This document shows positions 49,710-60,102 of a stretch of 64,000 nt of DNA, piece after piece (position 1 is the stretch's first letter; each line of letters begins with the position of its first letter). Both the position numbers and the translations under genes were made by a program. This DNA is from an uncultured bacterium (lineage in GTDB: Bacteria; Desulfobacterota_D; UBA1144; Nemesobacterales; UBA2774), in assembly GCA_963705505.1 (NCBI GenBank), contig CAVPJU010000008.1:31407-95406 (forward strand), read 5' to 3'. The notes beneath the pieces were generated by a model. It was not told where the DNA came from and made no database searches. It worked only from the letters and a program-made list of their open reading frames with translations.

Positions 49710-50585
49710 ATGAAAGCTACCGTCACTGACTGGATTCCTGTGCTATTCCTTCCTGCGCTGGCGATATTAATCGCGCGGCCCGCTTTGCCGAGCTGGGGTT
49801 TTCTTTTCGCGATCGCTTTCTCGATTTTCTACGGCTTCAAGTGGCTCACATACAGGAGGGCTCTGGCTAAAGGGGTAAGACCCGGATTTAAAAGGTCGCT
49901 CGGATATATATTCTGCTGGGTCGGTATGGACGCGGGAGCGTTCTTCGACAGGACGGTTAAAGTCCCGCGACCGTCGAGTGCCGAATGGATATTAGCTCTC
50001 TTCAAGACCGCTCTCGGCCTCTCCCTCTTCTTTCTTATCGCGCGCCTTTTTTATCCGTCACACACTCTCCTTGCGGGCTATATAGGACTAACGGGCTTCC
50101 TTCTGTTCACATTCTTCGGCTCCTTCCACGTCCTCTCACTCATCTGGAGGCGGCGCGGAGTGAACGCAGTGCCCATAATGAAATCACCCCTCGTCCCCTC
50201 GTCGCTTTCCGATTTCTGGAGCAGCAGGTGGAACCTTGCGTTCCGCGATATCGACCGCACGTTCGTATTCAGGCCCGTCCTCAGGAGTAAAGGCATCGTC
50301 TGCGCTGTAATTGCGGCTTTCGTATTTTCGGGGATCCTCCACGACCTCCTCATCTCCCTACCCGCAGACGCCTGGTACGGCCTCCCCACCCTCTTTTTCC
50401 TGATTCAGGCCGGGGGAGTGTTCATCGAAAAATCGGAATTCGGAGTAAGCGCGGGTCTCAACCGGGGATTCAAAGGATGGCTCTACGCGGCTTTCTTTAT
50501 TCTCGTACCGCTCGTCCTCCTCTTCCACCCGCCATCGATAGAGAATTCGATGGTCCCGTTCATGAAGACGCTCCGCGCGCTGTAA
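49710..50585 (+). CDS. MBOAT (wax synthase-like) acyltransferase
   Basis: SLSDFWSSRWN, FSGILHD; multi-TM. Confidence 0.85.
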   Translation: MKATVTDWIPVLFLPALAILIARPALPSWGFLFAIAFSIFYGFKWLTYRRALAKGVRPGFKRSLGYIFCWVGMDAGAFFDRTVKVPRPSSAEWILALFKTALGLSLFFLIARLFYPSHTLLAGYIGLTGFLLFTFFGSFHVLSLIWRRRGVNAVPIMKSPLVPSSLSDFWSSRWNLAFRDIDRTFVFRPVLRSKGIVCAVIAAFVFSGILHDLLISLPADAWYGLPTLFFLIQAGGVFIEKSEFGVSAGLNRGFKGWLYAAFFILVPLVLLFHPPSIENSMVPFMKTLRAL

Positions 50586-50648
50586 AGACCGAATGGACTT
50601 CACCCTCCGCCGTCGTTAAACTGAACTCGGTTATACGGTTTACGAATC

Positions 50649-51257
50649 ATGCTCTTCTCCGCAAAGAATAAACTCGCGCTGTCCCTCATACTGACGCTTG
50701 TATTCGCATCCGTTTCACTCTTTCTTAAACATTTATTCGGCCTCGAATGGAATTTATATATCGGTGAAGGGACCCTCATGCAATTCATTCTCGGTCTCGG
50801 CTCCATACTCGCCTCGGATCTCGTTATCAGCTTCGCGCTCGTCCTCTTGTTCCGTACAGCCTATGTCCGTCTCTGGATGGAAATGGCCGGATATTTCAGC
50901 CCTCAGCGGTGGTACGTCATATTAGCAGGAGGCATGCTCGCCGGCAGCGAGGAGATTTTTTTCCGCGGGGTCTTAATTCAGTACATGATTCATGTGCTGG
51001 ACTTCGAGACCGTCTACGCGGTCATATTATCAGCGGCAGTATTCGGCTTATTCCATATCATAAGGAAAAAACGCCTCGCGCTTTTTTCGCTCTGGGCGTT
51101 CTGGGAAGGTATAGTCCTCGGGGCGATCTATATTTATACGGACTCGCTTCCGGTCGTCGCGGCCGTACACGCGGCTCACGACGTGCTGGGTTTCACACTC
51201 TTCTCCCTCCAGCGGAGGCGGGGGTTCCTGCCCCTGAAAAAGAAACCGGGGTTTTGA
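50649..51257 (+). CDS. CPBP/Abi (CAAX protease-like) membrane metalloprotease
   Basis: EEIFFRG, FGLFH, HAAHD. Confidence 0.9.
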   Translation: MLFSAKNKLALSLILTLVFASVSLFLKHLFGLEWNLYIGEGTLMQFILGLGSILASDLVISFALVLLFRTAYVRLWMEMAGYFSPQRWYVILAGGMLAGSEEIFFRGVLIQYMIHVLDFETVYAVILSAAVFGLFHIIRKKRLALFSLWAFWEGIVLGAIYIYTDSLPVVAAVHAAHDVLGFTLFSLQRRRGFLPLKKKPGF

Positions 51258-51320
51258 GAAGCCGTGTACATGGTAAAATGTATCGCCTTGGAATAACGAA
51301 TCGAAGCCGTGGAGTATTAA

Positions 51321-52322
51321 ATGAACTATGAATCGGAATTAAAAGCGGCAGTCGAGGCCGTACACAAGGCTTCAAAGCTGTGCATAAGAGTGCAGTCCTC
51401 ACTCGTATCCGAAGAGACTGTAAGAAAGAAGGACGATTCCCCCGTCACCGTCGCCGACTTCGGCGCGCAGGCAGTGATATGTCACGAGCTCATGAAAGCC
51501 TTCCCCGATATTCCGATCGTAGCTGAAGAGGACTCATCGGAATTGAGGGCGGAAGGGGGAAACGCACTCGCCGCCCGCGTGCTCGAATACGCGTCCGAGG
51601 TATTCCCCGGGATGGACGAAGCGAGCCTCATCGCGGCTATAGACTCAGGGGACTACGGCGGAGGGGAGAGCGGCAGGTTCTGGACACTCGACCCCATAGA
51701 CGGGACTAAGGGTTTTTTAAGGGGGGAGCAGTATGCCGTAGCTCTTGCGCTCATCGAAGACGGGCAGGTCGTGATAGGCGTCCTCGGGTGCCCCAACCTG
51801 CCCCTTGATCTCAAAAACCCTGAATCGCAAACGGGCTGCATCCTGACGGCTGTGAGAGGGGAAGGCTCATCCATGCGCCCGCTCGAGCACAATACGCCCA
51901 AACACATAGCGGTCTCCGATATCGATGATCCGAAACACGCGCCATTCTGCGAGTCGGTCGAATCGTCCCACTCCTCGCACGGCGATTCGGCGCGCATAGC
52001 GGAGCTTCTGGGCGTAAAGGCGCCGCCGATAAGGATAGACAGCCAGTGCAAATACGCGGTGCTCGCAAGGGGCGACGCTTCGATATACCTGAGGCTCCCG
52101 ACGAAAAAAGATTACGTCGAGAAGATATGGGACCATGCGGCAGGCTCGATAATAGTCGAGGAAGCGGGCGGCATTGTTACGGATGTGAACGGTAAAACTC
52201 TCGATTTCTCCCTGGGCAGGACTCTTTCCGGCAATAAAGGGATAGTCGGGACGAACGGCCTCATTCATGAGAAGGTGCTCGCCGCGGTCGCGGAAGTCCT
52301 CGACTCCGATCAGGCAAGCTGA
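51321..52322 (+). CDS. 3'(2'),5'-bisphosphate nucleotidase (HAL2/SAL1-like)
   Basis: SPVTVADF, AEED, DPIDGTKGF, GCPNLP, DSQCKY, EKIWDHAAG. Confidence 0.92.
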   Translation: MNYESELKAAVEAVHKASKLCIRVQSSLVSEETVRKKDDSPVTVADFGAQAVICHELMKAFPDIPIVAEEDSSELRAEGGNALAARVLEYASEVFPGMDEASLIAAIDSGDYGGGESGRFWTLDPIDGTKGFLRGEQYAVALALIEDGQVVIGVLGCPNLPLDLKNPESQTGCILTAVRGEGSSMRPLEHNTPKHIAVSDIDDPKHAPFCESVESSHSSHGDSARIAELLGVKAPPIRIDSQCKYAVLARGDASIYLRLPTKKDYVEKIWDHAAGSIIVEEAGGIVTDVNGKTLDFSLGRTLSGNKGIVGTNGLIHEKVLAAVAEVLDSDQAS

Positions 52323-52333
52323 CGGAATAAAAT

Positions 52334-53327
52334 TTAATCCCTGTATTTAAAATTAGCCGAAACCTCGTCGAGGTAAGCGAGGTCTTCGTCGGAAAGCCTG
52401 AAATTCATGGACGCGGCGTTATCCCGCGCCTGCCCCACGCTCGTAGCTCCGGGTATGACGACGATTGTATCTCCGTGAAAATTCATGAGCCAGTTAAGGG
52501 CGGCCTGAGAGGGGGTCGCGTTATATTTAGCTGCTACGGTCTTCAGGGCCTCCGCGACAGGTCTTGACCTCTCCAAACGCTCCCTGTTGAGAGAGCCGTA
52601 GAACCTCCTGAAAAAGTTCTTCTCCCTCAGGAGCTCCGGGCGGTCGTGGAACTTCCCGGTCAGCATCCCGCGCGCAAGCGGCGAGTACGCAATGATCGTA
52701 ACGCCCAGGTCTTTAGCCGCATCGAGCACCCCGTTCGTCTCGATCTCCCGTCTTATCATACTGTAGTTCACCTGGTTAGAGACGAGAGTGAGACCGAGGC
52801 GCGAAAGCTCGAGATGAGCCTTCCTCATCCCGTCTGCAGAGAAGTTGCTCACCCCAGCGTATCTCACCTTGCCGTTCCCGGCGAGCTTCGCCATTTCCCT
52901 CATCTGAGACCCGATCGAGGAAAACGAAAACGGGTTATGTATCTGGTGCAGGTCTATGTAGTCAGTGTTAAGGAAGCGGAGCCTGTCGTCTATGGATTTA
53001 CCTATCGATCCCGCAGTCCTGAGTGCGGGCCACCATTTGGTCGCGACGACTACGCTGTCCCTCTTGATATTCAGCTCCCCGAGCGAGCGCGAAAGGGCTT
53101 TCTCCGATTCCCCCCACCCGTAGAGCTCGGCCGTGTCGAACCAGTTAATCCCGCCTTCGACCGATACGCGGACGATCTCCCTTATGTCCTGAGCGGTCAG
53201 GGGCGGCCACAGGAGGCCCGACAGTCCCTTCCCCCTGCTGAACTGGACGCATCCGAGACCCGACCGGGGAAACGAACATGCCCGATGTACCTAACCTCCT
53301 TTGCTCACGCGTGTGCTCACCTTTCAT
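52334..53327 (-). pseudogene. Aldo/keto reductase with a single +1 frameshift at 53259-53261 (real or assembly error)
   Basis: MKGEHTREQRRLGTSGMFVSPV|GLGCVQF...WFDTAELYG...ATKWW...LHQIH is continuous with ORF 52334-52903 after removing one G. Confidence 0.82.
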
Positions 53328-53377
53328 GAACTGCGGCCTCGCTTTCAATAAACGGGGAATTTAAATATAATAGCCAC

Positions 53378-54148
53378 ATGACCCCCAAAAGACGAATAAT
53401 CGATCTCGGTATCACCGTAGAGCCCGCTCCCGGCCCGGAGCACCAGAGGCTCGAGATAAAATATGAAAAGCACGAAGATACAGCCGAATACATGATGATG
53501 CGGTTCGAATGCGAAAGAGGCGACCTCCCCGGCGGGCTCGGCTGGGCAAACGAATACGTCACGCTCGGCACTCACGTCGGCACTCACATGGACGCCCCCT
53601 GGCACTATCACCCCGTTTCCGAAGGAAAGAGGGCGAAGACAATAGACGAGCTGCCCGTAGAATGGTTTTACGGGGACGGCGTCGTTATAGACATGAGGCA
53701 TAAAAAACCGGGCGATCTAATTTCGACTGACGATCTCAAACGATCCCTCCGTGAGATGAATTATCTACTGAAACCATTCGATATAGTCCTCGTCATGACC
53801 GGTGCTGACAAGCTCTGGGGCAGGGAGGAATACTGGTCTCAGTTCCCGGGGCTGGGAAAGGAGTCCACTCTCTGGCTCGCGTCTCAGGGGGTGAAGGTTA
53901 TGGGGACTGATTCCGCGGGGTGGGACAGGCCCTTCCGGACAATGGTGGATGAGTTCAAGAGGACGGGTGATTCGAGCGTCATATGGGGGGCCCATTTCGC
54001 GGGCATAGACAGGGAATACTGCCAGATAGAGAAGCTCACTAACCTCGACCTGCTCCCTCCGCACGGGTTTAAGGTCGTATGCCCTCCGATAAAAATACTT
54101 AACGCGAGCGCCGGATGGGTGAGGCCGATAGCTATCGTTGAAGCTTAG
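53378..54148 (+). CDS. Cyclase family protein
   Basis: HVGTHMDAPWH, GTDS, QIEKLTNL, SAGWVR. Confidence 0.9.
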   Translation: MTPKRRIIDLGITVEPAPGPEHQRLEIKYEKHEDTAEYMMMRFECERGDLPGGLGWANEYVTLGTHVGTHMDAPWHYHPVSEGKRAKTIDELPVEWFYGDGVVIDMRHKKPGDLISTDDLKRSLREMNYLLKPFDIVLVMTGADKLWGREEYWSQFPGLGKESTLWLASQGVKVMGTDSAGWDRPFRTMVDEFKRTGDSSVIWGAHFAGIDREYCQIEKLTNLDLLPPHGFKVVCPPIKILNASAGWVRPIAIVEA

Positions 54149-54695
54149 CCCTCTTTAACCCTCCCTCTTTCGGGGAGGCGAAAACGACTGTCCAGTAAGT
54201 CTTATTCTTCGTGTCCTTGTTGTGAAAGCACGCGCCGCCTATCTCCGTGTAGCTCGCCGTCATTATATTCTCGCAGTGCTCGGGGCTCCTTAACCATGCC
54301 GCCACCACTTCTTCCGAGCTCTCCCGTCCGGCGGATATGTTCTCGCCGACGCTCATCCACTCGTAGTCAAGCTTCTCCACCCTCTCATCCACATGGCTCC
54401 CGTCGGAGCCCGCATGGCTTACGAAGTCCCCGGTCGCCATATCGACGGAATGGTCCAGAGCGACCCTTGCCAGGGTGGGATTCCACGTGACCTGTCCTGC
54501 GGGGGTGAATATTTTATAGCCGCAGTTCCGGCTCTGCGCCCTCGCCCTGTTTATGAGGAAGAGCATCTTTTCCTTGGTGACTTCGAAATCCTCGCAACGG
54601 TAGGAGTCGTTCGCGAGGACGTAAACGATTTCGTTATTTTTCCCGCAGCCGCTGAGAAACATAACGACTGCCGTTATGGTTAGCAGTCTCGTCAA
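54132..54695 (-). CDS. CAP/SCP domain lipoprotein
   Basis: LSGC lipobox; INRARA, HSVDM, GENI, WLRSPEHCENI. Confidence 0.9.
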   Translation of the reverse strand: MTRLLTITAVVMFLSGCGKNNEIVYVLANDSYRCEDFEVTKEKMLFLINRARAQSRNCGYKIFTPAGQVTWNPTLARVALDHSVDMATGDFVSHAGSDGSHVDERVEKLDYEWMSVGENISAGRESSEEVVAAWLRSPEHCENIMTASYTEIGGACFHNKDTKNKTYWTVVFASPKEGGLKRAKLQR

Positions 54696-54741
54696 CGGCT
54701 ATATTATACTCGGTGCGCCTGAAAATAGCACCGGTTTTTCT

Positions 54742-55386
54742 TCAGTGACTGGCGGCTGCAGCCGCCCCCCAGTACTCCTTAATGAACCGGTCCCTGCCGG
54801 AGCCTGCCCTGTAAGTCTTATAAGTAACCGGGTCCTTGAGATAGAACTTCTGGTGATAGTCCTCAGCGGGGTAGAACTCAGTCGCCTCAACTATTTCAAC
54901 TACGATAGGCTTATCGAACCTGCCCGACTTATCGAGCTTTTCCTTCGAGGCTTCCGCGGCCTTCTTCTGGGCCTCGTTGTGGTAGAAGATCGCGGGCCTG
55001 TACTGCTTCCCCCTGTCGACGAACTGGCCGCCCGAGTCGGTAGGGTCTATATTCATCCAGTAAACGTCGAGAAGCTCATCGTACGTGACCTTCCCCGGAT
55101 CGTAAACTATCTCAATCGATTCCGCGTGCCCCGTCTTGCCGTAAGACACCTGCTTGTATGTCGGGTCCTTTTCCGTCCCTCCCGTAAAGCCCACTGTCGT
55201 TCTTACGACTCCGTTCAACTTGTCGAACGGGGGCTGGATACACCAGAAACACCCTCCCGCGAAGGTGGCAGTCTCAAAATTGGCACCCTGAGGCTGAGCC
55301 TTGCCGACGTTTTCATCCGCACGCAGGATACCGCCCAGCCCTAAAAGCAAGAGCGATACCAGAATTACCGAAAGTTTTCTCATCAC
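54742..55386 (-). CDS. msrA: Exported peptide-methionine (S)-sulfoxide reductase
   Basis: GGCFWC, GHAE, AEDYHQ; N-terminal signal peptide. Confidence 0.96.
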   Translation of the reverse strand: MMRKLSVILVSLLLLGLGGILRADENVGKAQPQGANFETATFAGGCFWCIQPPFDKLNGVVRTTVGFTGGTEKDPTYKQVSYGKTGHAESIEIVYDPGKVTYDELLDVYWMNIDPTDSGGQFVDRGKQYRPAIFYHNEAQKKAAEASKEKLDKSGRFDKPIVVEIVEATEFYPAEDYHQKFYLKDPVTYKTYRAGSGRDRFIKEYWGAAAAASH

Positions 55387-55451
55387 TGTCTCCTGTTCCG
55401 TTTTAGAATCCCTTCAACAACCGGGCCTCTTTAATACATGCAGGATATATA

Positions 55452-55476
55452 TACGCTTTTTAAAGGGAAAAGGTTT
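55452..55476 (-). promoter_or_regulatory. Putative ECF (SigK-type) promoter of msrA
   Basis: AAACC-16 nt-CGTAT on minus strand. Confidence 0.6.
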
Positions 55477-55567
55477 CAGGGAGCTTCGATTTCGGAGTCG
55501 AATTTCTTCCGGTCCCGGAAAAATCGGAATGCCGGAGGCACGATACTAACCGCCGTCCCCTTTCCGT

Positions 55568-56941
55568 TCAGCTGAGGAGTCCCCACTTCTTCATCCGGTA
55601 GCGGAGCACCTCGCGTGTGATTCCGAGCATTTCGGCGGTCCTGGTCTGGTTCCAGTTGTTGAGGTCGAGCGCTTTTGTTATGACCTTCTTTTCAATTTTG
55701 TACAGTGAAGCTTCTTCTCTAGGGACGTCTATAACCATCTTTTCGTCAGAATTCTGCACCCTGAGGCTATCCCCCTCCTCGAGCATTATATACTTCGGAT
55801 TAAGGACTCCGTCCTCGCTAAGGAGTACAGCCCTCTCGATCGTGCTCCGAAGCTCCCTCACGTTCCCCGGCCAGTTGTAATTCATGAACGTCTTCCTGAC
55901 CTCATCCGGGATTACAGTGATATTCTTACTGAGGTCCGAGTTGAAGTATGCTACGAAATGATCCGTAATCGCAGGGATATCCTCCTTTCTGTCCCTGAGC
56001 GGGGGCATCTCGAAGCTTATCACCCTGAGCCGGTGATAAAGGTCCTCCCTGAACTCGCTGTGCTTTACCAGAGATTTGAGGTCATGGTTCGTGGCCGCTA
56101 TGACGCAGAGGTCAACCGATATATCCCTGTTGCCGCCCAATCTCCTGAATGAGCGTTCCTCGACCGCTTTAACGAGCTTTGCCTGGAGGGCGAGGCTCAT
56201 ATCCCCTATCTCGTCGAGGAAGACCGTCCCCCTGTCCGCCTGCTCGAGTATCCCCTTCTTCATCTTTTTCGCGTCGGTAAATGCGCCGGCTTCATGGCCG
56301 AAGAGCTCGCTCTCGAGGAGGGTCTCCGGTATAGCGGCGCAGTTGATCTCGATGAACGGGCCCTGTTTCCTTATTCCGTTGTAATGGAGTATCTTCGCCG
56401 CAAGCCCCTTCCCCGTACCGCTTTCGCCGGTAATCAGGATAGTCCGCGGGTCCGTCTCAGTGAGCTTCTTGAAGAGCTTGGCCAGTTCCCGTATGGACTC
56501 GCTCGTTCCGATAAGGGATTCGAGGCCGTACTTCTCCTGAGCCCTCATCGCGGCGGCGCTCAGGCTGTTCTTGAGCTCGCTCGTCCTGAGCGCGTTACGG
56601 ACCATTACTTTCAGCTTATCGAGCGGAAACGGCTTCTCTATAAAATCGTACGCCCCCACTCTTATAGCGGTGACTGCGACTTCCACGTTCCCGTGCGCGG
56701 TCATCATGATGGTCGTCGGCGGGCGTTCCCACTTCGAAAACGCCTTCAGGACCTCGAGTCCGTCCTTATCGGGGAGCTTGAGGTCGAGGAGGACCAGGTC
56801 CGGGTCCTCCCTCTTCGCGAGGTCTATCCCTTCGCCGCCCTCAAAGGAGGTGATGACCGAATAGCCCTCCTGGGTGAGCGCCTTATGGAGCTGCTTACAT
56901 AAAAGCCTTTCGTCTTCGATGATAAGTATGAGTGAACTCAT
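55568..56941 (-). CDS. Sigma54-dependent response regulator (NtrC family)
   Basis: Receiver (LLDLKLPD), GESGTGK, ESELFGHEAGAFTDA, FLDEIG, WPGNVREL, Fis HTH. Confidence 0.96.
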   Translation of the reverse strand: MSSLILIIEDERLLCKQLHKALTQEGYSVITSFEGGEGIDLAKREDPDLVLLDLKLPDKDGLEVLKAFSKWERPPTTIMMTAHGNVEVAVTAIRVGAYDFIEKPFPLDKLKVMVRNALRTSELKNSLSAAAMRAQEKYGLESLIGTSESIRELAKLFKKLTETDPRTILITGESGTGKGLAAKILHYNGIRKQGPFIEINCAAIPETLLESELFGHEAGAFTDAKKMKKGILEQADRGTVFLDEIGDMSLALQAKLVKAVEERSFRRLGGNRDISVDLCVIAATNHDLKSLVKHSEFREDLYHRLRVISFEMPPLRDRKEDIPAITDHFVAYFNSDLSKNITVIPDEVRKTFMNYNWPGNVRELRSTIERAVLLSEDGVLNPKYIMLEEGDSLRVQNSDEKMVIDVPREEASLYKIEKKVITKALDLNNWNQTRTAEMLGITREVLRYRMKKWGLLS

Positions 56942-56971
56942 ATATATTTTGCCTTCTGCTCACTTTTCGTA

Positions 56972-58303
56972 TTAATTAAGTTTACTGTGATTGGCGGCCT
57001 GCGCTCCGGAAGCCTTGTCCCGGGCTTCGAGCTCTATATTCAGATCGTTCGGTATTTCCACGACGAACGTTGACCCCTCGCCCACCCGGCTCGTGATGTG
57101 GAGCTTGCCTCTGTGAGCCTCCACTATTCTGCTCGAAATTGCAAGTCCGAGCCCCGTTCCCGTCTCCTTTGTCGAATAGAAAGGCTGGAGTATCTTTTCC
57201 ATCTCCTCGTCTGGCACGCCGCACCCGGTATCGGAAACGGAGATCTCGACGGAGCCGTTACGGCTCCTGGTTGCGACCCTCACTTCACCGCTGCTCCCTG
57301 TAGCGTCTATGCCGTTTATAAGAAGATTCAGCACCACCTGCTCTATCTGCTCGTGGTCCACATAAAAATTGTTTCTGCAGGCGAGGTCTTTCTTGATGGT
57401 TACCCCTTTTTCCTTCGCCTTCATGCTTACGAGGTTGAGCGCCCTCTCGACTATGTCGTTCGGCGTGCATTCGATGAGCTGGAGGCTCTTCGGGTGTCCG
57501 AGCTGAAAGAGTCCCTTCACTATCCGCTCGAGCCTCGATATCTCATGGAGGATGTCCGTTATGGTCTGCCTGTGCTCCTCGTTCTCCGTCTCGTCCTTCA
57601 TTAGCTCGAGCGCGAGCCCTATACCGGAAAGCGGGTTCCTCACCTCGTGGGCGACACCTGTCGCAAGCTCGCCTATCGCGGCCAGCTTCTCCGACTTCAT
57701 CAGCTCCCAGTGCTTCTCCTCTATCTCGCGCGTCGCCTGGGCGATCTCCGACTCCAGGAGCTCGTTAAACCTCCTCGTAGTCTCGAGGAGCTTCATTATC
57801 TCCTCGTTCTTCATCTGAAGCTCCCTGTTCTTCCTGTCTATGTTGTCGATCATATTGTTGAACGCCTTCACGAGCGTATCTATCTCGCTCGATGTCTTGA
57901 GGTTTTTCAGCCGGACGGAATAATCCCCCGCGGCCACGGACTCGGCCGCGTTGAAGAGGCTCAGTATAGGTTTCGTTATCACTCTCGGAATAAAAATCGT
58001 AAGCACTATGCCGAACAGCATCGTGACGCCGACGACGGTCAGTATCATAACGTAGGAATACTTGATCTGTTTGTCCGAGATCCTTATAGCCTCGAGAAGC
58101 ATCTCGTTCGCGAATATACCCTGCTTCCCCTCTTCCTTTTCACTGACGATCTTCGAGAGTGTATTGTAGCGGCCCCTGATGTTCGATGCCGTATTGTCAA
58201 GGTTGTAGATGCTGTAAATGGACAGCCCGCTGACGAGCAGCATAAAGAAAAACATGAGAGCATATCCGAGTGTTATCTGTTTACTGAGGTTCAAGGGACT
58301 CAC
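56972..58303 (-). CDS. HAMP-domain sensor histidine kinase
   Basis: Two TM, HAMP, AHEVRNPL, NLLING, DTGCG, GTGLGL. Confidence 0.95.
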   Translation of the reverse strand: MSPLNLSKQITLGYALMFFFMLLVSGLSIYSIYNLDNTASNIRGRYNTLSKIVSEKEEGKQGIFANEMLLEAIRISDKQIKYSYVMILTVVGVTMLFGIVLTIFIPRVITKPILSLFNAAESVAAGDYSVRLKNLKTSSEIDTLVKAFNNMIDNIDRKNRELQMKNEEIMKLLETTRRFNELLESEIAQATREIEEKHWELMKSEKLAAIGELATGVAHEVRNPLSGIGLALELMKDETENEEHRQTITDILHEISRLERIVKGLFQLGHPKSLQLIECTPNDIVERALNLVSMKAKEKGVTIKKDLACRNNFYVDHEQIEQVVLNLLINGIDATGSSGEVRVATRSRNGSVEISVSDTGCGVPDEEMEKILQPFYSTKETGTGLGLAISSRIVEAHRGKLHITSRVGEGSTFVVEIPNDLNIELEARDKASGAQAANHSKLN

Positions 58304-58663
58304 ACCGCAAATTATCCGCTTATCTTTCCTTTAGAGAATTTTACCCGTTATTGACGGCAGCTCATATCGAAATTTCGACCGCCGTCATTAGATATTAACA
58401 CGCCGGGCCGGAAAACAGGCGCCGCCCCTTATTATAGGCCCGGCCCCCCTGAAAGATAAGAGTACCCGGATTATGGGAGACTCCTCGTAAAGACGGATCC
58501 CGTCCGTTGCTGAAGAACGGGGGATTTTATACCGGACTGCCTGTCTTTACACGCCTTTTTCAAGCCCCCTCACCCTTCCGAAAAATTCCGCAAACCCGTT
58601 ATAGATAAATTCGGAGAATCTGGTAAAGTATATGCCCTTGGGTGCATATTCTTAACCTTTAAG

Positions 58664-59263
58664 ATGAACATCAGGCATTTTATACCGGTTTCTATATTAG
58701 TTCCTTTCATGCTCATAGTTATTGCCGGCTGTTACCCTAAAACGGACGGGATGCAGGAACTTTACGACAGGCAGACCGCTCTCGAAGCCAAGATAGACAA
58801 GCTTTCTCATGACCTGGAAACAGGGCTTTCCCAAATTGACCAGAACATCGACAAAGTGGAGGTCAGCCAGCAGAAGCTCACGGCAGACGTGGAGACTCTT
58901 AAGGAGAAGAACGCCGCGGCGGAAAAGAAGGTTGAGAAGGTTGAGAATAAGAAAAACACGAAAAACAACAAAACCGCACAGGTAAAGCCTAAAGCGCCTG
59001 CGAATACCCCCGAATTCATATTTTCCAGGGCGGCTGCGAGTTATAACGACGGCCAGTTCGAGGACGCGATCCTGGAGTACCAGAGGCTCATCGACACCTA
59101 TCCCAGGGACAAGAGGGTCCCTGAAGCATACCTCAGACAAGGGCTTTCCCTCATTAACCTCGGAAGGAAGCAGGAAGCCAAGTACTTCCTCAACACCCTC
59201 ATAGACAAATACCCCAACTCCAGCGAAGCAGAGACCGCCAGAGAGAAGCTGAAAACGATTTAA
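58664..59263 (+). CDS. CpoB/YbgF-like coiled-coil + TPR lipoprotein
   Basis: IAGC lipobox, coiled coil, TPR ending LIDKYPNSSEA. Confidence 0.8.
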   Translation: MNIRHFIPVSILVPFMLIVIAGCYPKTDGMQELYDRQTALEAKIDKLSHDLETGLSQIDQNIDKVEVSQQKLTADVETLKEKNAAAEKKVEKVENKKNTKNNKTAQVKPKAPANTPEFIFSRAAASYNDGQFEDAILEYQRLIDTYPRDKRVPEAYLRQGLSLINLGRKQEAKYFLNTLIDKYPNSSEAETAREKLKTI

Positions 59264-59499
59264 CGGTTCCCCGCTCCCGATACAAGGTCCCTTTTCCATT
59301 ATTCCGTTATGCCGTGTGAAATAGAAGGTCCGCCCAGCGCGGCCCGGCAAGTTGTCCATCGATCAAACGAGGCTGCCGAGCCCGGACCCCGAAAATTTTT
59401 CTCCTTTCAGGCCAGACACTTGTAGATGCAAGTATAGATATCCTGCATCCCTCCCGTTTTAAGATCATCACAATCGTAAAAATCATAAGGAGGTGCTTC

Positions 59500-59970
59500 A
59501 TGACGAAGCTCAATTTATTTGCGGCTGCTTTGTTAATGGTGTTCGGTCTCACCGCATTCGGCGGATCGGCCGTGCGCGCGGCTGACGGGACAGAGGTCGC
59601 GACCGCGGGTGATGGCGGATACGACGTTGTATCCTATTTCACGGAATCGAAGCCCGTGAGGGGGAACGGCAGGCACACGGCGGAGTATCAGGGCGTAACT
59701 TATCTTTTCTCGAGCGAGCAGAACAAGAATACGTTCGAGAAGGACCCTCAGAAATACCTTCCCGCTTTCGGCGGCTACTGCGCTTACGGGGTCGCGAGAG
59801 AGAAGAAATTCTGGGGAGACCCCGAAGTTTGGGAGATAGTGGACGGCACCCTTTACCTGAACCTGGATAAAAGCATCCAGCAGGAATGGGACAAGGACAA
59901 ACCGGGATACATCACAAAAGCGAATTCGAACTGGAATACGATAAAGGATAAATCCCCCGGGGATCTTTGA
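59500..59970 (+). CDS. Exported YHS-domain protein
   Basis: Signal peptide; GYDVVSYF, YLPAFGGYCAYG, LYLN. Confidence 0.9.
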   Translation: MTKLNLFAAALLMVFGLTAFGGSAVRAADGTEVATAGDGGYDVVSYFTESKPVRGNGRHTAEYQGVTYLFSSEQNKNTFEKDPQKYLPAFGGYCAYGVAREKKFWGDPEVWEIVDGTLYLNLDKSIQQEWDKDKPGYITKANSNWNTIKDKSPGDL

Positions 59971-60002
59971 TCCTTATACAGCACTGTCAGCAGAAATACA
60001 GT

Positions 60003-60042
60003 CGGGAGGGCGTGGACAAGTACGGTCCGCGCTCTCCGTTTT
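60003..60042 (+). terminator. Probable Rho-independent terminator
   Basis: GGAGGGCGTGGAC..GTCCGCGCTCTCC followed by GTTTT. Confidence 0.55.
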
Positions 60043-60102
60043 AATTTTTGTTCGGAGTAATATGGGAATAGCCGATTCTTCGGGGTTATAGCCGGTTAAG
60101 AT

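Noticed and set aside
56270-56290. GAFTDA instead of GAFTGA in the sigma54 activator
   Set aside because: Common natural variant; all other AAA+ motifs intact
59445-59479. CATCC upstream of the YHS gene as a fourth ECF promoter
   Set aside because: No CGTA at 16-nt spacing
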